In this document: piece after piece, positions 48,691 through 59,207 of the stretch
Position numbering within the stretch: position 1 is the stretch's first letter
How the letters are laid out: every line of letters starts with the position of its first letter
Source of the DNA: Thraustochytrium aureum
Taxonomy: Eukaryota
DNA: 64,000 nt
Direction of reading: 5' to 3'
Assembly (NCBI GenBank): GCA_012862495.1
Contig: BLSG01000221.1
Coordinates: 1-64,000 of the forward strand
Translations under genes and position numbers: made by a program
The notes under the pieces: model-generated
What the model was told of the DNA's origin: nothing
Database searches by the model: none
The model's input: the letters and a program-made list of their open reading frames with translations, nothing else

Positions 48691-51600
48691 CTACATAAAT
48701 CCGCTGCTGGCCAGCGTGAGGGCCACGTCCTTCAGGAGCCGATCCTGAAGCTTGGCGGCCTTGATTTTGATGGCCTCCTTTGTCTTTGCTCTTGCCATCC
48801 CTTCCTCGATAATGTGGACTAGCCAAGGGTTCACGCGCAGGCGCGTCTGCACCGCGCCAACGCCGCCAAGACCCTGCGAGGCCAGCGAAGACAAGCTGTT
48901 ACCACGCGTCTTGCCAATCGGCGAACCCGAGTCCCCTTTTTCGACGCTGCTCGCCGCGGTGCGTGCCCCGATCCCGATGCTGCTCGCACTCCCCGTGGCC
49001 CCTGTAATCTGCGCCAACCCAAGCGAGGGCCCGCCGCCCGGGCCTGGGCCGCCCGGGCTGGATATCGTTGGCACAGCGATCGAGCCGAGCAGGCTGGTTC
49101 GCGGGGACGAGCTCGAGCTCGCGCTGGGATATGGCAGACTACCCCCCGAGGAGACCGACGAGGCGGCCGATTTGCGCGACGATGAGGAAACTTGGGGCGG
49201 CGAGCCTGGGGAGTGGCGCGAGCCCGAGGGCTCGACGAATTCAGCTTCAAAGCCACAGAGCTGGCCTTTCAGAAAGTCGTCGATGGCATGTTGCAACGAA
49301 ACGCATCGCCCGAAGTTTACCATGTGCTGGCAGTCTGCAGAAACGACCGGAAGGCTTTGCTCGAGCGGAAAGAGCAGCTTGGTGGTCAGCCCCAAGAACG
49401 GGATGTGGCTCTTGTTGGTGCACTTGGACAGGTCGGCACGGTAGACCAAATAGTCGCCTTTGCTGCGCACAGCGCGCTTCAGCTGCTCGAACCGGTAGCG
49501 CTCCTTTTCCTTCATCATATTCCAGAGCCATTGGAAACACGGCTGGCTCAAGCCAGCCATGATACCGAAGAAGGTGTGAAAGTTGCGCAGCCTCCTGCAC
49601 TCGGTCGCCACATCGAGAAAGTAGATCACTCGTTGAGCTCGCTCAAGGGGTCTGAGTTGACTGCTCACGACCAAAGTGAGAGGCCACCACGCGTACACGT
49701 CAAAGGTATCGATCATACGCTGCACGTGTGGCGACGCTTCCCGGGCTTCCCGCGTTACCAAGTCGCGCGGCTGGATGTGCCGGTAGCAGTCGTCGTAGAG
49801 CATCCAGGTCAGACACTGCGCCACCTCAGAGGGGCTGAACTGGTCCAAGTCACATCCCCGGGGCTTGCCTGAGCTGGCATGGCTGTTTGAGCTTCGAAGT
49901 TGGGGGCCAGAAACAGGTCCGCCGGGTGCGGGTTGATCCGGAGCCGCGGTGGCGCTTTGGCTCTTTTTGCGCTTCCACCCGTGGCTCAAGCTGCGCGATC
50001 GCGTATTGATCCGAAACGCCGGGGTCTTGTGGCCAGGCCGGGACGCGGACTGCGGACTGCCACTGGCCCCGCCCTCGCTGCTAGTGGGTTCGCCTTGCGT
50101 CCCAGTGGCTGCCTCGGCGTGGTCAGGACCAGACTGGGTTGGAGGATGCGCCACGCGCGCCGCCGCCGTAGCATCTTGCATGCGGTTGGCTCGAGCCTCG
50201 GCCTCGATGCTGGGGCCGTCGGGCCCCCGGCCAAGCAACGCCTGCTTCAGCTTGAGTGCGGTGGCTTCGACCAGCTCGTCGGGGATATTCGGACTCGGAG
50301 CAGAGGACAAGCGTGAGAGGTCGAGAGGTCGAGAAGGGCCCGGTGAGACGCGCAAGGCGGTCGAGGAAACGCTTGAATCGCCCGCAGCAGTCCCGGGCTG
50401 CGGCGGGGCAGTGTCGACGCTCAGGCCTGCGCTGTCCTGGCTAGGCGGAGTCTTTTGCGACTGAGGAGGCGAGATGCGTACAGAGCACGTGTCGGGCTCG
50501 CTACGAACTTCGAAAGCGTCGTCGCTCAGCGTGGCCTCGAGGCCCCCACCCCTTCGCCATGGACTACCTCGGCCAGGTCGAGAAGCGCGTGCGCGAACGC
50601 TGCGTCGCTCTGCGAGAACGATGAAACCCCAAAACCCTCCTCAAGCCAGTAGAGAAGAAACGCATGCGCGTTCTCGCTGAGGAGCTTGGCGTCAGCGTCG
50701 AGGCCGAGCTCCTTGCGAATGCGCTGTACTTGGTCCGGCTTGCGCTTGCCGCCGGTCGCCGCGTCGCCACGCGCTGGCTCCAACTGGGTCGTTACTGCAC
50801 CTCGCGGGCGCGAGTTGACAGCAATCATGCCGTCGTCCGACGGCAGCATGAGATACAGCTCGCGGGCGGGAAACTGTGGCGGCTGTGCGATGGCATCACC
50901 GAGCAAATCGCACTGTGACCTACCCCTCTCGCTCTCTGCAGCTTCGAGCGAGCGAGCTCCGCCTCTAGGAGCGGAACCTTGGTCTGAGACTTCTCTAGAC
51001 TCGTTTGGCGCAGGATCGTGGCCTCCGCAGCTCTTGTCAGCCTCGTGCTGTGCTCCAGCGGCAATCGACGCAGGCCCGGGCGTGCCACTTTTCGCCGTCG
51101 CGGCACGAGGGAGTGTCACCTGCAAGATCTTTCTGCGCTAGTGGTGAGCTTGGTTGACCGTGGGTCAAAGTCTCGCCTTGGACGTTGCAGGGGGCCCAGG
51201 CGGCCCCGGAAGTTGCGCTGGGCCGGCGCCTGGGTCCGCAGCGCTTTCAGCCTGCGCTGGGCCGGCGCCTGGGTCCGCAGGGTCGGTTGAGTCGCTCAAG
51301 GGCAGATTGTCGCCGGCCGCTTGTTTTCCACCATCGCTCTGGGGGGCTGTATGGTCTGGGCTGGAGAGCCCACATGGGTCGGACCCAAGCAAATACGCTC
51401 GGACGATCTCGAGTGCGGCACTGGCGGTCGTAAACTGCTGGTACACGTGCAAGAAGGCGTCCCAGTGCCCGCCCCCGCGCGAGCCGAGCAGGAATCGAAT
51501 AAGGAACTCGAGGCTTCCGTAGATGATCTGCATGCCTGGGTCGGAGTTGGTTGTCCGATTCCGCATATTCTTCCACGTCTGAGACAACCCGACGAGCGAG

Positions 51601-52750
51601 TTGCGGTCCGAGGGCGGGATCGGGTCAACGAGAAGCTCAAACCGCTCGCCCTCGCCTAGCTTTGAGCACAGTATGCTTCCGGTGGCCTGGCTTGAGCCCC
51701 GCGCCCTTGCGGCATCTCCGCCTCCCGATCCTATGCTCCCCGTGCTACCCTGCGAAGAAAGCCGCCGGCTCAGCAAACTGCCGGAACCGCTCGCTTCTGC
51801 GTGGGAATGCGGCGGCGCTGTTGAGGCGGGCCGAAGCCTCTCATCCACCGAGTCGCGCCGCGGCTGCCCGAAGACGCCCACGACTCCGCCACCACCGCGG
51901 TGCACACGTCTGGGGCGCTCTCGCTGAAGGGCGGCACATCGGCCGAGTGGCTGGATCTTGGCCGCTGCTCGCCCGAGGCGTCCGCCAGGGCTGAAGGGCC
52001 GGTCGAGAGTCCTAGCCACCGTTTCACTTGCGTGTTTTTCTTGTGCAGGGTCAGCTTGAGGAGGTCGCGCTTTCGCTGGCGCTGCTTCGTCGCAGGCGCA
52101 GAAACCTGCTCCATCGCGCGCCCGGCCAGAGCCGCTCCCCGCGCGCTCCCCAGCGCGCCAGTACCTTCCTGTGCCGCAGACAGCGGCCCTCCCCCCTTTG
52201 TCGCCGCCGTTCACGCCCGCAGGCTGTCGCCGGTCTCGCGTCCCTTGGGCTGTCNNNNNNNNNNNNNNNNNNNNNNNNNNNNNNNNNNNNNNNNNNNNNN
52301 NNNNNNNNNNNNNNNNNNNNNNNNNNNNNNNNNNNNNNNNNNNNNNNNNNNNNNNNNNNNNNNNNNNNNNNNNNNNNNNNNNNNNNNNNNNNNNNNNNNN
52401 NNNNNNNNNNNNNNNNNNNNNNNNNNNNNNNNNNNNNNNNNNNNNNNNNNNNNNNNNNNNNNNNNNNNNNNNNNNNNNNNNNNNNNNNNNNNNNNNNNNN
52501 NNNNNNNNNNNNNNNNNNNNNNNNNNNNNNNNNNNNNNNNNNNNNNNNNNNNNNNNNNNNNNNNNNNNNNNNNNNNNNNNNNNNNNNNNNNNNNNNNNNN
52601 NNNNNNNNNNNNNNNNNNNNNNNNNNNNNNNNNNNCGACTGCGCAGGCGGCTTCGCAGTATTTCGCTGGCCACCACTCGGCCGAGGCCCTCATGGTCATG
52701 TCAGGCTCTGCCAGTGCCTGCACCACCGTGACGGTGGACTGTCTGATCTG
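48691..52750 (-). CDS. Ras-family guanine nucleotide exchange factor (REM + CDC25); several frameshifts and an N-gap; 5' end uncertain
   Basis: REM 'IIYGSLEFLIRFL...DAFLHVYQQFTT' (~51400-51530). CDC25 'SPSEVAQCLT...IQPRDL...ERAQRVIYFLDVA.EC..LRNFHTFFGIMAGL...Y..YR......IPFLG...VNFG' (~49290-49850). Confidence 0.88.
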
Positions 52751-53126
52751 ACGTGAGGCGGATGCAGGAGACCCTTGAACGGGTCGCATGGACTGGGAGC
52801 CCGCCAGAGTCGGAGACGAGGATTGGACCAGCACGCAGGATTGCCCGAGAGAGCGACGCGTGGGGGAGCCAGCAGCACACCAGCTGGCACCTCCGGCAGG
52901 CTCGTGTTGCGTCAACTTGCGTGACTCGATCGAGTGGAGCGCGAGGAAAACGACGGAAATCTGGAGCAGCGGCAACGACACAAGCCAAGAGCTCCTCCCT
53001 CCCTTCCCTCCTCCCTCCCTCCCTTCCTTCCTCCCGAGTGCTTGCCATTCATGGCAGCTCTCTGCGGAGAGAGGCAAGCACAGCACGCGAGTGCCCAAAA
53101 ATTGCAAGCACGCAGGCTCTGTTGGC

Positions 53127-53175
53127 ACGCAGGCAGGCAGGCACGCAGGCAGGCAGGCAGGCACGCAGGCAGGCG
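53127..53175. repeat. (GCAG/GCAC) tetranucleotide microsatellite
   Basis: Read directly. Confidence 0.8.
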
Positions 53176-53437
53176 CAGCTGGCAGACAGGAAGGAAGGCG
53201 AGCAGGTTGGCTGGGCGGGCTCGCGGGCCAGGTCGTGACGTGCGCAAACATCGCAGAAGGAGGCAGGCAGCCGGAGACGCGAGCTCGGTGCGACGCGGCA
53301 GCGCCGCGTAGTCGGTGCCCGGAAGTGCGCTCCGAACAAGTGCGCAAGCGCGGCGAGTGACAGCGCCCTGGAAGCAGGCGCGCGCAGAAGGGGCCCGCGC
53401 GGAGCGCTCAAGGACGCGGCTGGCGCGCTGAAGGACG

Positions 53438-54340
53438 ATGGAGAGCGCGTCGAGCTTTAAGGGCAAAGCCGACAAGCTCCTGGGGCTGGACGACCATGGC
53501 GGCGACGCGAAAATCATGGTGCAGAAGGCCGGCTGGCTGATGAAGCTCAATTCCGGCAAGATGAAGACCTGGAAGCGGTTTTACTGCGTTGTCAAGGACG
53601 GCTTCCTGCTCTGGTACACGGCGGCGAGCGACCCGTCGATGCCCTTCGACACCAAGCCCAAGGGCGTGCTTCCGCTGGGCGGCGCCGTCGTGGCGCAGGA
53701 CGCTAGCGACAAGCGCACGATCAGCTGCAGCCACCCCGACGTCGCCGGCGCCAACTTCAAGCTGCGCGCCGACGACGTGGGCGAGACGCTCGACTGGCTG
53801 GTGGCGATCGACGGCGGCAAGAAGGCCACCTGGGAAAACGCGCTGCTCGGCAACGCGCTGATCGAAAAGATGAAGACGACGGGCACGCAGCTCGAGGCCG
53901 AAAAGGAAGCTGCTTTCGAGGCTCTGCAAGAAAAGGCACGCAAGCTCGAGCTCGAGAGGGAGCAGAAAGAAAAGGTGCTCGCCAAAGACGTCGAGCGCCA
54001 GAACGCGTTCCAGGCCAAGCTCGAGGCCGAAAAGGCCAAGAACAAGCAGCTCGAGGGCAAGCGGTCAACAATTCAGGAGCGCCTGTCGAAGGAGGAGAGA
54101 GAGCGGCAGGCTGCCGCAAAGAAGCGCATGAGTGTCGAGCGCAAGCTCGCGGCAGCCGAGTCGGCGCTTGCCAAGCTCGAGGAAGCCATGATCGTGCGCA
54201 CTGCAGCCAACCCGCAGGCTCAGTTCAGCCGCGAAGACAACGAGGTGCGCGCGTCTGTCAGCGCCCTGCGCTCGTTCTTCGAGGCACGCGCCAACGAGCA
54301 GGCCGTTCGTGCCAAGGCGCTTTACGAGAGAATGGTATGA
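53438..54340 (+). CDS. PH-domain plus coiled-coil protein
   Basis: 'KAGWLMKL....KTWKRFYCVVKDGFLLWY...PKGVLPLGG...LRA......DW', followed by a long E/K/Q heptad region. Confidence 0.9.
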   Translation: MESASSFKGKADKLLGLDDHGGDAKIMVQKAGWLMKLNSGKMKTWKRFYCVVKDGFLLWYTAASDPSMPFDTKPKGVLPLGGAVVAQDASDKRTISCSHPDVAGANFKLRADDVGETLDWLVAIDGGKKATWENALLGNALIEKMKTTGTQLEAEKEAAFEALQEKARKLELEREQKEKVLAKDVERQNAFQAKLEAEKAKNKQLEGKRSTIQERLSKEERERQAAAKKRMSVERKLAAAESALAKLEEAMIVRTAANPQAQFSREDNEVRASVSALRSFFEARANEQAVRAKALYERMV

Positions 54341-54738
54341 GTTATTTGCTTCGCTCTTGCTTGGCTTGTCCGTGGTCGCGGGCGGCCGCGCGCGCTTTTT
54401 GTTGGCGTGGGTCCCGGGCCTTCGCTTCGCGTTTCTCGTTTCTCGCTTCGCGCTTCTCGCTCGGCCGTAGAATGCGCTCTCTGCAGAGCATGCTGACTTT
54501 GCAAAATGCGGCTCCGTTGCTGCCCTGATCTCTTGGCGCCAGGATGCACCTGGTCGGGGGCGCAGATAAAGACTGCCCGGCAGGCGGACGGTCATTGGTG
54601 TGCTTCGATATGTGCAGGTTGGCGGGCCTTGTCTCCCCCTATTCACGTGTGTCTTTCGTTTTAGTTGAGTCTTTTCTTTTCTTGTCGCAGTCCGTAGAGA
54701 GCGCTCTAGCTCTAGAGAGCCGCGCCGCTCGTGGCCGG

Positions 54739-55674
54739 CTAGAGGAAAAAGTCGTCCTCCTCCACATCGCTGGGATCGGCTGCTTCTTGCTTGCCTGCGC
54801 TTTTCGTGGCCTTGCCCTTCGCCTTTTTCGGCTGGGGTGCTTTGGGCCGCGTCTTCTGCTTGCCGCTCAGCGCAGGCTTCGTCGCGGGCTCTTCGGTACT
54901 GGCAGGTTCCGGTTTCTTTGGCGCGTGCTTTGCCGCGGGTGCTGGCTCGTCCGCTTCGTTTTCCGATCCCGAATCTGACGAGGACTCTGTCGACTTGCTC
55001 GAATCGCTCGAGCCGCCTTCAGCGTCGTCCACCCCGCCGTCTTGATTCCTCTCGCTTGGCGCATCGCTGCTGTCGTGCTCGCCAGCGTCTGCTTGGCTCT
55101 TCAGCGACGGGGCCGACGTGGAGCGCTTGCTGAGCTTGTCCTCCACCTTTTGCATGAATGACATGAGCTGCGTCGGCTTGCCACGCTTGCTTCGTGTAGA
55201 CAGCATCAGCGCAAAGTTCCGCAGCTCCTGCTGCTTGGCCCGCACCGCGTCGGTCATGTCGGGCGTTGCGAGCGAAATGTACTTTTCTCCGCGCGGGAAA
55301 AACCGAATGTAGCGTAGGTCGTCTAGCAGCGTCTTCTTCTGGTCCAGCAGATCGCGGTCGTCCGGCTCGCTCTTGAGGCGAAGGAGGACGGCTTTCAATT
55401 TGCGCTCCGTCTTGAGCCGGTCGAAGAACTTGATCCGATGGTACCGCTGTGCGAGGCGCTTCTCTTTCTCCACTTGGTCCTCCGTCTTCTCAGGGACACG
55501 AAACCTCTTCTTGGACTCTGCGTCGTTGCCGCTGCCTTCTCGTCGCACAAACTTGCGGGCCTTGTCGTTCGCTTGCTCGTCGTAGCGGCTGAGCGGCCTA
55601 TCCCTTTTGGCCTGCCTCGGCCGCTTCTTCCGCTCGGCCTCGCCTGCCGTGCCTTGCGGCTGCTGCCTGCCCAT
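54739..55674 (-). CDS. EFG1: rRNA-processing protein Efg1
   Basis: 'EKRLAQRYHRIKFFDRLKTERKL...DLRYIRFFPRGEKYISL' and an acidic C-terminus ending 'DDFFL'. Start uncertain. Confidence 0.88.
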   Translation of the reverse strand: MGRQQPQGTAGEAERKKRPRQAKRDRPLSRYDEQANDKARKFVRREGSGNDAESKKRFRVPEKTEDQVEKEKRLAQRYHRIKFFDRLKTERKLKAVLLRLKSEPDDRDLLDQKKTLLDDLRYIRFFPRGEKYISLATPDMTDAVRAKQQELRNFALMLSTRSKRGKPTQLMSFMQKVEDKLSKRSTSAPSLKSQADAGEHDSSDAPSERNQDGGVDDAEGGSSDSSKSTESSSDSGSENEADEPAPAAKHAPKKPEPASTEEPATKPALSGKQKTRPKAPQPKKAKGKATKSAGKQEAADPSDVEEDDFFL

Positions 55675-55892
55675 CCCTTCACGTCCGCCTTCGCGCCCAT
55701 CCGCACGTCGCGTGCGGCGGCCCTCGGGGGCCTTTGCCCGAGGCCCCCGCGAGCCAGCGACATCCATCGCGCGAGTAGCGCTCTTTTTCGGCACTTTGGG
55801 GGTCGCCTGCGCTCGCTGGTCTCAGGTATCGAGCGCCCAGACCGGCCCTCGCCCTAGCTAGCTTGCTAGGCACGGTCGCCCGCGTTGCCCGC

Positions 55893-55931
<39 letters not shown>

Positions 55932-56262
55932 CGCGTCTGGAGTCTGGAGTGCTGTCGTCCGTGGGTTGTGGAAACCAACCACGCACCACGGTACTGAGCA
56001 ACACGCGCACACCTTGTTCAACGAAACGAGCGCTCACCCTCGTGCAAGAACAATTTATTCAAGGAAACGAGGACGCACCTTTTCCAAGGCCACAGCATCA
56101 GTGCGATCTCCACTTTGTGTGCATAACGGCAACTGCTGCGCGCAGGACGAGCCGCTTGCTTGCTGTCTCGCTTGCTGTCTTGCTTGCTGTCTTGCTTGCT
56201 TGTTTGCTGGCTGGCTTGCTTGCCGGCTTGCTTGCTGGCTTGCTTGCTGGCTTGCTTGCTGG
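55893..56262. repeat. (GGCT)n microsatellite (55893-55929) and a CTTGCTTGCTG(G/T) 12-mer array (56155-56262)
   Basis: Read directly in the divergent EFG1 / CRAL-TRIO spacer. Confidence 0.85.
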
Positions 56263-56295
56263 ACCTGACGCCGCCCTGGGCTTGTTGGTCTTGCG

Positions 56296-57324
56296 ATGGA
56301 CGCCGACGGCTGTTTAGGCAAGTTTGACTCGCTCCACGGGCTGGAGCTTGGACGCGACGAAGCGGGCTTGCTCGAGCGAGTCAAGGCCAGCGCGCTGGCG
56401 CTGGAAGATACGCCTGAGAATGAGTGGCTTCGAGGCGCGAAGGACTACGAGCTGCTGCGGTTTCTGCGCGGCCACAAACACGACATCGAAGCAGCCCTGA
56501 AAATGCTGCAGGCGACAAGCGCTTGGCGACACTCGCGGCAAGTGGCGCTCGTCGTCGATCTACACGACAAGGGCGGTGGGAAAGAAGTCAGCTTCCTGCA
56601 AGGCTATTTCCCCACCTGGACCCTCGGCGAGCTCGAGGACGGCTCAAGCGTAGGATTGTACCGCATGTCGCGGGTTGACTTTCCTGGGCTCCTGCGGGAG
56701 CTCTCGCTCCAGCACGTCGTGGACTTTAACATCTGGGAGCTGGCGCGAGCCTGGGAAATTCGTCCACGCGGGAACGGGGTGTTGATCATTGACCTAGGCT
56801 ACGACGACCACGAGACGGACAGGCCGGTTCAGTCGCTCTGGGGCGTGAAGGAGTACGTGTCCGCGCTAATGCAGACCGTCAAGGCGATCTCTTCCGAAGT
56901 AGACCCCAACTTTCCCGAGTCCTTCCGCAAGATTCTATTCGTGCGCCCACCGAGCGTTTTCTGGGCTTCGTGGAAGATCGCGCAATTCTTTGTCGCCGAG
57001 CGAACGCGAAGCAAGATTGAGGTCTTGTCTGGGTCGAGGTCACTTGCGAGGCTTGGAGAGTTCGTCCCGACAGCGCTGCTCCCCCCTTTTCTCGGCGGGG
57101 AAAACACGGACCTGCCAGGTCCCAAGGGAGGGCGCATCGCACGCGGGCTGGCCCGCGACTTGAGCGCCACAGCTTGCGCGGCGCTAAAACAGTGCGCTGC
57201 TCGTGATCTTCTGAAACGGGACGCGTCTTTGATGGCCCACCGCTGGAACGGAATCGTGACTGGCTCTAGCTCTACTCGGCATGCTTCTGCGTCCATCGAT
57301 CGATCCCCTTGGTTGATTCTCTAG
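56296..57324 (+). CDS. CRAL-TRIO (Sec14-like) lipid-binding protein
   Basis: 'DYELLRFLRGHK.D...A..ML.....WR', 'IIDLG', 'NFPES..KI.FV..P..F...W.I...F....T..KI', 'LP.FLGG'. Confidence 0.92.
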   Translation: MDADGCLGKFDSLHGLELGRDEAGLLERVKASALALEDTPENEWLRGAKDYELLRFLRGHKHDIEAALKMLQATSAWRHSRQVALVVDLHDKGGGKEVSFLQGYFPTWTLGELEDGSSVGLYRMSRVDFPGLLRELSLQHVVDFNIWELARAWEIRPRGNGVLIIDLGYDDHETDRPVQSLWGVKEYVSALMQTVKAISSEVDPNFPESFRKILFVRPPSVFWASWKIAQFFVAERTRSKIEVLSGSRSLARLGEFVPTALLPPFLGGENTDLPGPKGGRIARGLARDLSATACAALKQCAARDLLKRDASLMAHRWNGIVTGSSSTRHASASIDRSPWLIL

Positions 57325-57710
57325 AGCTAGAGCGTCTCTCTCTCTCTCCCTCTCTACTCGAGAGCTAGTAGAGAGCTCTAGCTAGAGCTAGAGCTCTNNN
57401 NNNNNNNNNNNNNNNNNNNNNNNNNNNNNNNNNNNNNNNNNNNNNNNNNNNNNNNNNNNNNNNNNNNNNNNNNNNNNNNNNNNNNNNNNNNNNNNNNNNN
57501 NNNNNNNNNNNNNNNNNNNNNNNNNNNNNNNNNNNNNNNNNNNNNNNNNNNNNNNNNNNNNNNNNNNNNNNNNNNNNNNNNNNNNNNNNNNNNNNNNNNN
57601 NNNNNNNNNNNNNNNNNNNNNNNNNNNNNNNNNNNNNNNNNNNNNNNNNNNNNNNNNNNNNNNNNNNNNNNNNNNNNNNNNNNCTCGAGAGAGCTACCTC
57701 TAGAGTAGAC
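57321..57710. repeat. CTAG/AGCT/(CT)n low-complexity tract flanking an N-gap between convergent genes
   Basis: ctagagctagag...ctctctct...agagctctagctagagctagagctct before the gap; ctcgagagagctacctctagag after it. Confidence 0.75.
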
Positions 57711-57794
57711 GCGAGTGTTTTGGCCAGAAACGCAAGCCCGAGCCCCGACAAAGGCACCGTCAAAGGCAGCGCGGCACGGAGCGTGCTTGCTTGT

Positions 57795-59207
57795 TCAGTT
57801 TGGGAAAGTCTCCAAAACAAACACGCAAACGTTGTCAGACTGGCCCTTGGCCATCCAGCCCTGCAAAGCCGCATCCCGTAAGGCATCGCATGTCCCGCTC
57901 TGGCCGCAAGCGATGTTTTCGCGCACCAGCCGGGCGACCTGCTGGCCATCAAGAACGTCCCTGCGCGATTCGAACCGTTAGCGCTGGGGGTCGCTGGGCT
58001 GCACTTGCGCCCCTCCTGCGCGCCAAACTTACCAGATGCCATCGCTGCCCCCAACGAGGATGCTGCGCTCCCCGCGCAAATCAACGTGAGCGACGTGCGG
58101 TTTGCAGGAGCAACCGGCGAGCTTGGCGACCTCGTCGCCGATTGAACGGGTCAGCATCAGGCCCGGCCCGGCAGACGAAAACCCCATGGCCCGAAACTTT
58201 GCCTCGTCTAGCCAAACACGAAGAGGGCCAGCAGGTGCCTCGCTCTTGTCCTGCGGCGCGTGGTCAGCGTTCCTGCTTGTCCAGAGCGATAGTAGCGCGG
58301 TCCGCCAACACATATTCGTACTTACCGTCGCGATGGGCCCGTTTGGCCGCACCTCGCCACCGGCCTGGAGAATCATGCGCCGCTCGTCGTCGTCCTCAGG
58401 GCGGTGGTCCTTCGTTATTGCCTCAACGTCAGCCGGGCCGTGGCGCGCTACCCGTGCAATGCGCGAATCGCCAACGTTCGCCACGTGCGCGACCCCACCG
58501 GAGAGAACCAGGACGCTAGCCGTCGTGCCGCTCATCTTGCTCCGAAAACCAACATCGTCGCTCTCCCTCAGCGCGTTGTTGCATCTGGCGAAGAGATCCT
58601 CCAAGCAGGCAGCCCACGCCTCGTCTTGGTCGTGGGCCTGCTTGCAGTCAGCGAGCGGGCCGCCGGCGTTCTCAAGAATCCAGTTGGCGACCCAGTTGGC
58701 AACGAGCTTGCCGTGCTGCCCGTGTCCGTCAAAGCACATGGCCAGAAGCATGTCTCTGTCTGGCCCAAACGCGTCTTGCACGACCACGACATCTTGGTTC
58801 TCCTTTTTACCGCCTGCCCCGATGTGCGTGCAAAGGCCAAACTCGCTTCGTATACGCACCGCCTCGAGGCTGGCTTGGCGCGGCGGAGGTGTGAGCGGGC
58901 TCTCGAGGTCGTCCCCGCCTTGCTCGAGGGCGAGTTCCTTGTTGCCCGCATCATTCGCGCTTGACCCAGGGCTCGGCGCGTTTTGCTCGCCGCGATCCGC
59001 CGATCCCTCGCCGCGATCCGCCAATCCCTTTGGCGGTTCTTCGAGCTTGGACTCGTGCCCCAACGGGCGCTGCTCGTCGGGCGCTGCGATCCGCTGCTCA
59101 TCCAGAGCGTTTTTCTCGCGGCCAGCGAGGTCTGCAGTATCGGCGGGAGCAGCATCAGGCCGCGCTGCTGCTTGCTGGGCAGCGCGCTTGGACGCGCCGC
59201 CTCCCAT
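57795..59207 (-). CDS. Protein phosphatase 2C (PPM), two exons (59207..58033, 57960..57795), possibly N-myristoylated
   Basis: 'MGGGAS' start, 'ENQD', 'FDGHG', 'SGTTA', 'ANVGDSR', 'DHRP', 'TRSIGD'. Removing the intron restores 'SDGIWDVL' and adds 'GQSDNVCVFVL'. Confidence 0.93.
57961..58032 (-). other. 72-bp spliceosomal intron in PP2C
   Basis: On the minus strand: TG|GTAAGT ... GCTAAC branch site ... CGCAG|G. It splits the Trp codon of DGIWD and removes an in-frame stop. Confidence 0.9.

Noticed and set aside
32015..59207. Functional cluster of trafficking and signalling genes (MINPP1, syntaxin, ArfGAP, ERGIC3, RasGEF, PH, Sec14, PP2C)
   Set aside because: These families are abundant in eukaryotes, sit in mixed orientations and are interspersed with unrelated genes; no evidence beyond chance.
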